Shown: positions 1 through 9,354 of the stretch, in pieces
Position numbering within the stretch: the stretch's first letter is position 1
Layout: each line of letters begins with the position of its first letter
From: Catajapyx aquilonaris
Lineage: Eukaryota
Assembly (NCBI GenBank): GCA_000934665.2
Contig: KZ538427.1
Coordinates: 51,247 to 71,246 of the forward strand
Reading direction: 5' to 3'
Length of the DNA: 20,000 nucleotides
Program-made: the position numbers and the translations under genes
Notes under the pieces: model-generated
Told to the model about the DNA's origin: nothing
Databases searched by the model: none
What the model saw: the letters and a program-made list of their open reading frames with translations, nothing else

Positions 1-83
1 CTGGTTTGAATCCTTATGTTCCTTTCATTACATTTCAATTGCTCTTTCTGTACATACCGGGTTCAGTACACCTTCTGTCAGTC

Positions 84-1340
84 ATGTCTGATCGTAGCCA
101 GAGCCAGTCTAGTCTTGTGGAGGAAAAGATCATACCAGGTGAGCTACACTGTGAACCGCAAAACCATTAAAAGAGCGCTTTGGAATGCTCTGCGGTTGTT
201 TTTTAGCTCTTTTAATGGTGTGCGGTTTACGGTGTACATTATAATGGACACAGAGTCTCAGTACAGTAACTCTCATGTGTGTACTCAGGGAGCCGGGATG
301 AGCTGAAATGTGGACAACCAAGTGAGACTTGCCCGCCACGTGAAAAGGTCTAAATTAATTTAAATTATTCCTTCAGGTACGTCCCATGGTTTCCGCTGCG
401 ATAGGCCTGCGGTGTTGAAGGCTGCGACAGATGCGGTCAAGGCAGGAGGAAGCCAAGGCTCCAAGACTGGATCGTTCGTCCCGTCACCTAAAAGTGTCAA
501 GTTCAGAGTCGTGCCTGCTGGGCCTACATGCGAACGACGGGAGAGGCCAAGCATGTACTACCCTTCTGTCAAGCTTAATGATGGACGAGAGGTGTACTAT
601 GTAAGCAATGCAGGTACAGCATTGGTGGTATTTTAGGGTCACTTATTTCACCCATTTTATTATAGAAGCCAATACGTCCAGTGAAAGTGCTGTTTATGAA
701 GTACCAGAATCACAAAAGGATCCCGAAGTTTTTGCTGACAACTCGGAAGTAAGTGTCAAGGTAATTTTCGACAAGGACATTTATTAGGACTGTCCCTGAA
801 TTGAAGAGAGGTGATTGGAAGTTTACGACAATGAGATCAATGTAAACATAGAAATACCGTATTACTTCTGCGCTAACTTTGCAGTTAGAGCAACAGAAAC
901 TAATTAAATTCATGCTTCTGAAAGAAAAGAAAAAAGTGTCCGTGATGGTACAGTATGACAAAAAATCGAATACGAGATTGGTATAACCAAGAATCATTAT
1001 TATTTTATAAGTAATAATAATAAAATAAGTAATCCCTGGTATAACCGCCGTGCAATTAACTACATAATTCGTCATGTAAATGCCCTGACAGTTATTCTGT
1101 TCAAGTAGCAAACTCCAGCTTCACTCATCATTATCAGTGCCGGTTTCACCAAGCCCGGTTTTTATGAAAACCGGGCTTGGTGAAACCGGCCCTATGTCAG
1201 CTTAAGTATAATAAGTCTCCTCTGCAATACCTGAATAATGTATATAAATTATCTACCACATTTCCTTTCAGGAAAATGGCTCCACTCAAATGAAGCAAGA
1301 TTGTCTCCAGGAAGAAGTTGACCACGGAGCCCAAAAGTGA
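84..1340 (+). CDS. Putative 5-exon orphan gene, ~158 aa, Ser/Glu-rich (exons 84-138, 289-321, 377-613, 666-748, 1272-1340)
   Basis: All four introns are GT-AG (donors cag|gtgagc, caa|gtgaga, cag|gtacag, gaa|gtaagt; acceptors ctcag|, ttccttcag|, ttattatag|, tcctttcag|) with compatible phases 1,1,1,0. The joined frame is MSDRSQSQSSLVEEKIIPGSRDELKCGQPSTSHGFRCDRPAVLKAATDAVK...REVYYVSNAEANTSSESAVYEVPESQKDPEVFADNSEENGSTQMKQDCLQEEVDHGAQK*. Exon 3 overlaps ORF 412..636. An alternative donor at 601 and further upstream exons are possible. Confidence 0.6.
1139..1190. mobile_element. Perfect hairpin (24-bp arms, 4-nt loop); probable minimal PIF/Harbinger-type MITE in intron 4 of the orphan gene
   Basis: gccggtttcaccaagcccggtttt-tatg-aaaaccgggcttggtgaaaccggc. 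The (GG)GCCGGTTTCACC ends resemble Harbinger-type TIRs as I recall them. Confidence 0.6.
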
Positions 1341-2122
1341 AGAATAAGTCTTCACAACTTGTCTTGCTTAAATCATGCTGCAATTTTATATCATGGCACC
1401 ATTAAAGGTGTGGCACAATACAGTTTTAATTTAGTACATATTTTGTGTTAGCTTGTGGCTCCCGTCATTCCTGACTACCCCTTTATATGGAAATGTTGTG
1501 ATGGTGCTGTTGTTGTTGCACATTGTAAATCAATTTTTTAACCAAAATCTCATTGCAACTCTCATGTACACATAAATGAAACTCAAAGTTGGCTAACAAC
1601 TGAAGTAAGGACATACCTTATAGGTACAACTAGTACTACATGTTTTTCTAAAAAATCTTGAGCCTGCATGGATGCTTACAAAATACAGTTACTTTTAAGG
1701 GAAAGCATATTTGGGCATACCACAGCAACTTGCCAGCAACTAGAAAATCAATTCGATTACCTCGCACTTGTAACAAGTGTTTTTTCTCTTTCAAGTGGTT
1801 GCCAGAATGAACAAGCACTAGTTTTAACATCCACTTCCTCTTGAACAGTACCGTTGGCTTTTATAACACCGCATGACTTATGCTTGGTCAACGACTTACA
1901 ATGATCAACAACAAATGCAACTAATTTGTATGTCCATCAATCGTCACTAAGAAAAACTTACAATCGTCTGATCACAGTTGGTGCTAAAACTGGTTTTAGC
2001 AAGTGAGGAGAACCCTGTTGATGCTCACACAAAGCAAGTCCTAATAAAACGCATGTGTGGGCTTCCTTCTCTGTTGAAAGTCATGATCAAAATTTTCATG
2101 TTTATTATGACTATTAGGTATA

Positions 2123-2240
2123 TAGTCTGGTGACCCGGGGTAGCTTGCCCCCTGGGGTAACTGGTTGTTTACTGCTATCCTCTTACATATGCTGCCATGG
2201 TGATTGCCCCCGGGATAGCTTACCCTGGGTCACTAGACTA
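2123..2240. mobile_element. ~118-bp MITE-like element with imperfect terminal inverted repeats
   Basis: Left end tagtctggtgacccggggta; right end taccctgggtcactagacta (reverse complement tagtctagtgacccagggta, 18/20 match). GC-rich subterminal cccggg/ccctggg motifs in an AT-rich background. Confidence 0.6.
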
Positions 2241-2421
2241 GGGGCCTTAGTCAGTCCCACTTTGGTGAGTGTGTCCTAATTTTCTGCATGGCAGACTTTT
2301 TAAAAGTGCAACATTTTGGCACATTTCTAACCTAAATTTTCGCACTGGCACCACTGCAATTTATCCTTTGTCTTGGGCAGGGTGGCCGAATGTCCAGAGT
2401 TGTGTTACGGTGTGTAGGCTT

Positions 2422-2472
2422 CCGACAGAAATTTAATTGCAATAATAATTATTGCAATTAAATTTCTGTCGG
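2422..2472. repeat. Perfect palindrome, 25-bp arms with a 1-nt spacer
   Basis: ccgacagaaatttaattgcaataat-a-attattgcaattaaatttctgtcgg. Confidence 0.9.
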
Positions 2473-3377
2473 TAGTGGTTGGACATTTATTGTTAGTTAT
2501 TGGCAGGTAAATTTGTGGACGTAAATGGAGCCCATTTTTAGAGAGGAAGAATAGCATGATACAGACCGCACTCTAGGTCAACTGTAATTTTTGATTTTTA
2601 AATGCAAACTTATATTGATCCCATGTTCTGTAACTACTTTTTGCCCATTTTGAAGTACTGAAACAATGCATGACAATTCCAATGAAGCTATAGTAAATAG
2701 CGTCAACACCAGCAACACATGCATGTACATTATAAATATTTGGTAAAATACCACCTGCAATGAAGAGAGATGAAATGAGCGCCAAGAGCTTCACAGCTAA
2801 TATGACAGCAATGGAAGAGTTTGATGTTGCAAATCAGGTGTAATTACACCAAAGGGACAGACATGTTTGATGATGAAATAGGTAAGATTTTGGCTCTCTT
2901 CACACTCTGGCTAAGCACTCGAACCTACAACAACACATCATTCTAACCACATATCGAGTGTGTCTGGCCCCTTTAGTGTCAAAATACTACTGCCTAGTCC
3001 GCCGTGAAGGTATTGATTGCAAAATTACCACTGTTCCGCGCATCCTGAACATATCGCAAAAATTAAAGAGACTGGCATTTTCCCATCAAGTACTGTTTAT
3101 TCTCACAAATGCATTACACCCATTTTTAATCACAGCTCACAAGTACGACTTGAGTTTTGCATGTCACATGTAATTGCCACAAAGCACACGTAAACACACA
3201 TAATACATAGTAACATCCACAGTTTCAGTTGATGTTATACATATTAATGACTTCTATCCAGATTGAAACACAACTACTTTAACTGAAAGGAAATTTTCTT
3301 TCACCTAGGAGAAAGCAACTTTAATGTTCTCCATCCTCAACATCATCCCTAACACATCACGGGTACTCTCTCAGTAT

Positions 3378-3572
3378 TACACTACACCACACAGTACACC
3401 ATAAACGACAGCACTACAGACTACACAATAAACTACACCACTACTCCAAACTACAGGACTAACGAAACCACACTACACCATACACTACTGTACTACACTA
3501 TTAACCACACCACAAACTACTGTACTACAGTATTAACCACACCATTACACCAGACACTACAGTACTACACTA
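3378..3572. repeat. Degenerate (ACTAC/ACACT)n low-complexity repeat
   Basis: Recurrent actacac/cactac units, plus a duplicated actactgtactaca..tattaaccacacca block. Confidence 0.75.
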
Positions 3573-3869
3573 TCGTTATTAACCTTGAACCATTCTGTTA
3601 ACACAACCTCTATTTTTTCTGCATAACTTTTCCAGAACATCTGCAATCAAACCCTGAGATATTTTTTAAAACTGTGTAGTACTCATTTGCAGATGATGTC
3701 TAGCAACATCTTTCTCACTTGCCAAAAACCAATCAGGGCTTCTTGACATTGGAAAACTTTCAGAACAAAAAAAAAACACACCCACACACACCCACACACA
3801 AAAAAAATGTTACAAAAAGCAAGGGTGCTCAACCTTTGGCTTACAGCCTGTCTGTACCTTGCCTAACCC

Positions 3870-4127
3870 TTAACTGCAGGCCTGCAAGTTTCCCAAATTA
3901 TTAATTTTAACAAGGCAGATGTTGTTTATGAATTCGATCCTAAAAGTAGTATGTAGGTAGGACTTGTCTGCTTTATGGCCTGCGGAGTGTACCAAACCAA
4001 ACGAGCCCGTGACTTCCGAAAGGTTTGAGCACCCATGCTCCACAGCCTGCAAACGTATAGCCTCTGTGAAGGCATGACCCCAGTGATCAACATCCATAAT
4101 GTCAACATCAACCATTTCAGATGACAT
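3870..4127 (-). pseudogene. Possible fragment of a diverged LRR / F-box-LRR C-terminus
   Basis: The ORF contains LQAVEHGCSNLSEV...KADKSYL, which parallels LVDIATHCSKLKNL...RADKCFL at the C-terminus of the neighbouring F-box protein. Same strand, about 350 bp downstream. Confidence 0.35.
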
Positions 4128-4194
4128 TACACATATTAACGAGCTTCTTTCAGAAATGACACTTTACTACATGTAATTGAAGCTGTCTTAATTT

Positions 4195-4385
4195 TCGTAC
4201 TTTTCTCATTTTTTTACCTTGTTTTTATCCATTTTCATGTTTTATTCAATTATTATTTATTACTGGTATATATTTTATTCATTTTTTTTTAATTTTTATT
4301 ATTATTTTATACAGTTTTATTTTTTATTCGTTTTTATTCATTTTATATTTTTATTCATTATTATTATTTTTTCATTTCTTTATAT
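4195..4385. repeat. T/A-rich low-complexity tract
   Basis: Almost entirely runs of ttta/ttatt. Confidence 0.8.
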
Positions 4386-4479
4386 TCCATGTCATGTCCA
4401 TGTCAAGCAATGCAGATTTGGTTCTGAATTCATTCTCATCAGCTGCATTCAAAAACTTGCATGAACCCTGTCACCTAGC

Positions 4480-5683
4480 TTATGCTGAACACTTCAGACC
4501 TTTCCGAATCCTACGCAGGAAGCATTTGTCTGCCCGGGTCAAATTTTGCAGAGGTCCAACGGCATTGAGGTTTTTGAGTTTTGAGCAATGAGTTGCAATG
4601 TCCACCAGGCCAGTCATGGTGATGGAAGTGCGGCTGAGCCTCGTGCTGACAAGAGCAGGGCAGTTGCAGGCAAGCACACTGGCAAAGGTATCATCCAGGG
4701 TACGCAGGTTGAACAGGTGGAGGTTGGTTAAGTATTGGAACTGCCCTTGCGACAAGGCACTGCTCAGGAATGGTACAATCATGTTGGTACAACGGTTAGG
4801 AGAGCCTCTATCAGTAACCAAAGGCGAAATGTTTAAGTTTAATACCCTGATGTTGTTGAGCATCCTGACTCTAGCCAGCAAACCTGGGCAGGGTTCACTT
4901 TCTTGCCCTAACACGATGGCCAGACTTGCCGTATTCTGAGGCAACATATACCTGTATGACTGCTCTCGACACATCCCATCTATTGACAGGATCTCCAGGA
5001 AGTTAACTAAATCCCCATTGCTCATGAGCCCTGGCCAATCTTCTTCCTCCTCAAGTGGGCATGAGACATGACAGAGATGGTGTTTTGGTGGATCATCTGG
5101 CAACATAATCTTGCAAGTTCCACTGTATGTGGCCAGCTTAGTGCCAGCAAAGATGTTTGCATAGAATGCAGAACCCACAGGCTCATGGTGCCCAAAAACA
5201 ACAACCTCTTGAATCTTGGGAAAGCTGTCAGCCATAATTTTTAAGGTGTCGGAATCAAATATGGTGATCCTGACCTGTAAAGAGTATATCATCATATCCT
5301 TGCATTGCATATTTAATCAAGATTATAGAACTTTCATTATTCTCCGTCAGAGATTTATATTAAAGTGCAGTCCTCACCAATTCCAGCACTTCCAGGAGAG
5401 TGCAGGTTTCAGCAGCACACTGAAGCACATGGTCAGCACCTTTGGCAAAGTCCTTCAGTATCAAAGTCTTCAAGCAAATCTTATTTGCTACAAGGTCAGC
5501 AGCTTCTATGTTTGTGATCCTTCTGCCTGACAGCTCCAGAGATGTCCAAAGAGTAGGGGTGTCAATAAGACGGTTCCATTCCTTGGACACAAGAGAAGCC
5601 CTGATCTTGTCTCCAGTGTCCAGAAAGGAAAATATGTAGATCTTCAACTCCTCCACAAGGTCGGAGAAAATACGGCCTGGCAT
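4480..5683 (-). CDS. F-box/leucine-rich-repeat (FBXL-like) protein, 366 aa; coding exons 5683-5378 and 5274-4480
   Basis: N-terminal F-box motif FSDLVEELKIYIFSFLDTGDKIRASLVSKEWNRLIDTPTLW. A 103-bp phase-0 intron (TTG|gtgagg...ttacag|GTC) joins ORFs 5360..5683 and 4480..5310 in frame. Cys-containing LRR-like segments (VLQCAAETCTLLEVLEL, LTNLHLFNLRTLDD, LACNCPALVSTRLSRTSIT, IATHCSKLKNL). A splice acceptor (ttgtag|) 15 nt before the ATG implies an upstream exon. Confidence 0.88.
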
Positions 5684-6061
5684 GATGGATCCAATAGCCT
5701 ACAATGAGAAGGCAGTGCACTCAAGACTGCAAAACTTATGCATGAAGGAAATACAACTGGTCTGATACCGAATCACTGTTTAGCGAGTCAGTGAAGAACG
5801 GCAGCTGCTCGATAATGTCAATGTTTGACAGCAATTTGTCTCCGCACCCTTCAGACCATGACCAGATCAATCAGTAAAAAGACATTATAATGTACTCATT
5901 CTCACGATAGTACGTACGAGATTCAGACCCATTGGCGGACCCCTCGGCTGTCGCTCTCCCGTCTGATGCGATGCGATTCGGGAATGTAAAGTATAATATG
6001 TACTATCACTATAATGATACTGTATCAGGGATAGAAGTGGGAATCAATTTACTGCTACAGC

Positions 6062-6062
<1 letters not shown>

Positions 6063-6117
<55 letters not shown>
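6063..6117. repeat. (ATT)n microsatellite
   Basis: Direct reading. Confidence 0.95.
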
Positions 6118-6118
<1 letters not shown>

Positions 6119-6119
6119 G

Positions 6120-6372
6120 AGGGCGACACGGTGGCTGAGTGGTTAGCGCCGCAGCCTTCCACCTCTAAGGTCCCGAGTTCGATCCCCGGGTCGAACGGAG
6201 GATACTTATGTGGATAGAGTTTCAATGGGTTCTCTCCGTGTTCGTGTGGGTTTTCTCGGGGTTCTCCCGTTTCCTCCCGCAATCAAAATCCATCACAGCG
6301 CAAGCAATGATTAAAGTCGGTTATTCAAAAGATGATCACCTAAGAGGCCCAAGGGGCCTATCACAGGGTATC
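6120..6372 (+). mobile_element. tRNA-derived SINE with a V-domain-like core
   Basis: A box TGGCTGAGTGG and B box GAGTTCGATCCC. The body gtgtgggttttctcggggttctcccgtttcctccc resembles the V-SINE conserved domain. Followed by a (TTA)n tail. Confidence 0.8.
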
Positions 6373-6383
6373 CATTATTACTA

Positions 6384-6437
<54 letters not shown>

Positions 6438-6447
6438 GGCCTATTAT

Positions 6448-6489
<42 letters not shown>

Positions 6490-6510
6490 CACTACTAGTA
6501 CTACTACCTG
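6373..6510. repeat. Compound microsatellite, (TTA)n then (CTA)n
   Basis: Direct reading. It is the source of the spurious poly-L, poly-Y, poly-N and poly-S ORFs. Confidence 0.95.
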
Positions 6511-6514
6511 TACT

Positions 6515-6788
6515 GGATTCAGTGGGGCTTAATGTCGGCCTATTTCTGCCTCTAAGGCTCAACACCGACACCAGGGGGTGGTCCTCCTCCTGGAAATTTG
6601 GCCACTCTGGGGATCTTTAACGTGCACTCGCGCAATGTCACGGGACCAACGGCTTTACTTCCCGTCCGAAGGAAGGCGCACTCTCACTTTTCTACCACCC
6701 GGAGAAAAGTCACGACCTCGGCCAGGTTCGAACCCACAACCTTGGGACCAGAGGCGAGCGCGCTAACCACTAGTCCACCAAGGCCGGC
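6515..6788 (-). mobile_element. tRNA-derived SINE with a Meta-domain-like core and a 13-bp target-site duplication
   Basis: Minus strand: A box TGGACTAGTGG, B box GGGTTCGAACC. The body gtaaagccgttggtcccgtg...gtgcacgttaaagatcccc resembles the MetaSINE/Ruka core. Flanked by the direct repeat tactacctgtact at 6502-6514 and 6791-6803. Confidence 0.82.
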
Positions 6789-6994
6789 TTTACTACCTGT
6801 ACTATCTACTTTTTTAATTTTTTAATTTTATTATTATGCACCTTTCCAATCCCAGTCTTTGGCATGCTTCAGCCGGTCTCCCACACTCTTTCGATCTCTT
6901 TTTCACTAGCTGACGGGAATACCTTGAAAACAGTTTCTGTAAAAAAAAACATTCAGGTAGACCTGAATATTTAGTTATACATAAACATGATACA

Positions 6995-7260
6995 TCCTTT
7001 GTTGGTGGACATCACCTGGGACAGTGCCGAAGTCAACATCCCAGCATAGCCTGTACATTCGGCAAGTAGAAGGCGTTCCTTCCGGAAGCCAGGAGGTTTT
7101 GCTGCCCTCCTTCGTCCCGTGCACGGCAATGGGTTTTGGTCTGGTGGTGCCAACAACTCAGCAATGAGATGGTCCTCCTGCCTGGCCCGTCCTTTGTTGG
7201 TGGACGTCACCTGGGACACCACTGAAGTCAACATCCCAGCATAGCCTGTCCTATCGGCAA
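6995..7260. repeat. 71-bp imperfect direct repeat (6995-7065 and 7190-7260)
   Basis: tcctttgttggtggac.tcacctgggaca...gaagtcaacatcccagcatagcctgt...tcggcaa occurs twice, 195 bp apart. In ORF 6971..7345 (-) this gives TGYAGMLTS..SQV.STNKG twice. Confidence 0.9.
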
Positions 7261-8201
7261 CCTGTTGTATCCCTTTCCCCCCNTTCAGATATTTTTTTTG
7301 TACATGTATTTGGTCATATGAGGATATTGAAGACCTCCTCCTCAATATCCGCTGGAAACCCCATATCTGCTTGGGAAGCGCCGTGAAGATGATGATGATG
7401 ATGATGATGATGATACATCCTCCTGTGGATGTAATTATTATGAAATTTTCTAGTACCTTGCACTACGGACAAATTCAGTTTGGCAAACTGCCTTTTCCCA
7501 TTAAGTCCGCAGAAGCTGTACTATGCGGCCACTTCATTCACCATGATTTTTTTCATGACGCTTCGTGTCATGGTGCATGTCGCCTCCCACACTCTGCAGC
7601 ATGGAAATCTGAAATTGTGAAGCATATATAATATATTATGTAAATATGATCAAGTCGCCAGATTCTCGACAGGTCAACAGAAGACTCCATGCAAATATAG
7701 TAACGTCATCTCTAAGCAGCGTACCAAAGGGGTAAGAATTCCCATTAACAGATACAAAATGAGGGCAAAAAAAAATAAGTAAGAATGACATAAGTTATGT
7801 CACGTTTGCTTACAGAAAAAAGTTAAATTTTTAAATTTTGTTTTGGTGCATGTGAATAAAATATGCAGTACTTTCTCGTAAACAATAAAAATTGGAGGGT
7901 GATGGAAAATATCTGACTTCACATTTAGCACCAGCACACATAAATTTACCAGATCAAGCATGCACCATTTTCTTCCTCATTTCTTCTGAGGACAGGACAT
8001 CCTCTGCCCTGTCCACTTCTTCTGAGTATCGTAAGAGGAGTTATTGGGCCGTTTGCAGCAGGCTCTTCAGCCTGATGCTCCTCAGAATATGCCCGAAGAT
8101 TTAATTGATGTATGATATTATCAAGGCGGACTTCCATGCTGCAGCGCATGTCCATCATGCACTTATCGGAATGGCTGCACAGCAGTGCTCTTGATTAACA
8201 A
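7250..8201 (-). pseudogene. Spliced, frameshifted DUF4806 (BEN-like) domain gene relic; exons ~8201-7966, 7608-7457 and 7351 onward
   Basis: Reconstructed across frameshifts and one stop: ...PITPLT/SEEVDRAEDVLSSEEMRKKM | ISMLQSVGG.../RSVMKKIMVNEVAA*YSFCGLNGKRQFAKLNLSVVQ | ILRRRSSISSYDQIHVQKKYL...ADR. This fits the recalled DUF4806 pattern (LPL.T.EE...E..L, L..IGG, A..YS..G..GK..F..L.L). GT-AG boundaries: ATG|gtgcat, tttcag|ATT, CAAG|gtacta, tttccag|. Confidence 0.65.
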
Positions 8202-8659
8202 CTGAAATCGAAAGTTGTGATTATTCCACAGTAATAATAATAATGCATAATGGGGATATAATTTTGCATATAATATTTCACACAATAAAATTTATTATGC
8301 AACAATTAAGGGGGCATCCAAAGCTAGGGTGAATAGCTGCTGTCCATATAAATAAGACATGCATTACATGCCCATTTTGAGCATTTATACTAGGGAAGTC
8401 ACAAATTGTTTCAAAATCAATTTTGGTTTTACTGTATTGTGGAGTGTATGTGTAAGTACAAGTGACCACAAATAAAGATTGGGTTGTATTAAAATTTTGT
8501 CTCAGTTTGAAATTGTGTCAGGCCTTTGAAAGTGCTTTTACTGTCACTCTGTGGCTCTGTGGTATATAAAATTTTGCAACAAGTAAACAATGTGTGTGCC
8601 TTCCGTATTGCTTTAAGTGGCAATTTGGATGTAGTCAACGAATCTCCATGGCCCCTTGT

Positions 8660-9066
8660 TTTTTTGCATCACACACCTGCAGTAATTTGCCATTATTAGC
8701 ACACTCTCCTCATCATTGACATGGATCTATTGACCATAGTTTACTTACCGCCAGGACGTTGATTGAGTGATACCTCTTCTGGTTGACATGTGTTCTGGGC
8801 ATTGTCCGACCAGAGGGGGAGCAATGTGAGCAAACTGACTCCCATCAATCCCCTCGACCACCCCAGGGAACCCAGCCTGGATGAAGCCTTGCTTCACATC
8901 CCTGATTTCTTGTAGGGTGCGATTGAACCCATTGTGGGCCTAGATGTTGGTCAATGGTTGTGGTCACTGAGGTTATATACCTTGCTCACGGTGGGTTGTG
9001 GTACAAGTTGCTGCCAATTTCCTCTTGGTAACAGCCAGTGGAATAAAACCATCGGGCAATCAGTAC
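8660..9066 (-). mobile_element. PIF/Harbinger (HARBI1-like) DDE transposase relic with introns; frameshifted and truncated
   Basis: Exon 9066-8749 reads VLIARWFYSTGCYQEEIG.../PQPTVSK.../TLQEIRDVKQGFIQAGFPGVVEGIDGSQ.../YHSINVLA. A 72-bp gtaagt...ctgcag intron follows, then VCDA from 8676. These match the Harbinger motifs L.ALRF.ATG, FPGV.GAIDG.H and HSINVQ.VCDA. Confidence 0.88.
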
Positions 9067-9103
9067 CTGCATAATAGTGGAATTTATTGCAGCATATGCC
9101 TTA

Positions 9104-9284
9104 AGCAGCGTTTACATGTGAGCGATTTGACAAGCGAAGCGGAGCGAAGTCATCGCCGAGTGACGTAACCAATATTGTTTCAGGTGAAAGTAACAATCGA
9201 TTTTCGCCTCAAACAATACTGGTTACTCGGGTTACTCCGCGTTGTTATTGCTGGCGATCAAATCGCTCACATGTAAATGCACCT
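9104..9284. mobile_element. 181-bp PIF/Harbinger (Tourist-like) MITE with TTA target-site duplication
   Basis: TIRs agcagcgtttacatgtgagcgatttga and tcaaatcgctcacatgtaaatgcacct. tta at 9101-9103 and 9285-9287. Confidence 0.8.
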
Positions 9285-9354
9285 TTAATTTCCATTTTCA
9301 TACACTTCTTGATCATTTCATCATGCACTACCACCTACCTTTGTCTCCACAGTC

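Noticed and set aside
1845..1900. Tc1-like C-terminal motif AVIKANG on the minus strand
   Set aside because: Too short, with no supporting upstream motifs or TIRs.
2755..2885. Possible + strand exon ending at ag|gtaag
   Set aside because: No consistent open frame or partner exons were found.
3378..3572. CRISPR-like or regular repeat-spacer array
   Set aside because: There is no constant repeat with unique spacers. It is a degenerate simple repeat in eukaryotic DNA.
4219..4464. Hydrophobic Phe/Tyr/Ile-rich membrane-like ORF
   Set aside because: It is a translation of a T-rich low-complexity tract.
6120..6195. tRNA genes here, at ~6715-6788 and at ~11830-11895
   Set aside because: They have A/B boxes but no convincing acceptor stem, and each runs into a SINE body.
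5932..6620. Poly-Leu, poly-Tyr, poly-Asn and poly-Ser ORFs
   Set aside because: They are translations of (TTA)n/(CTA)n microsatellites and SINE sequence.
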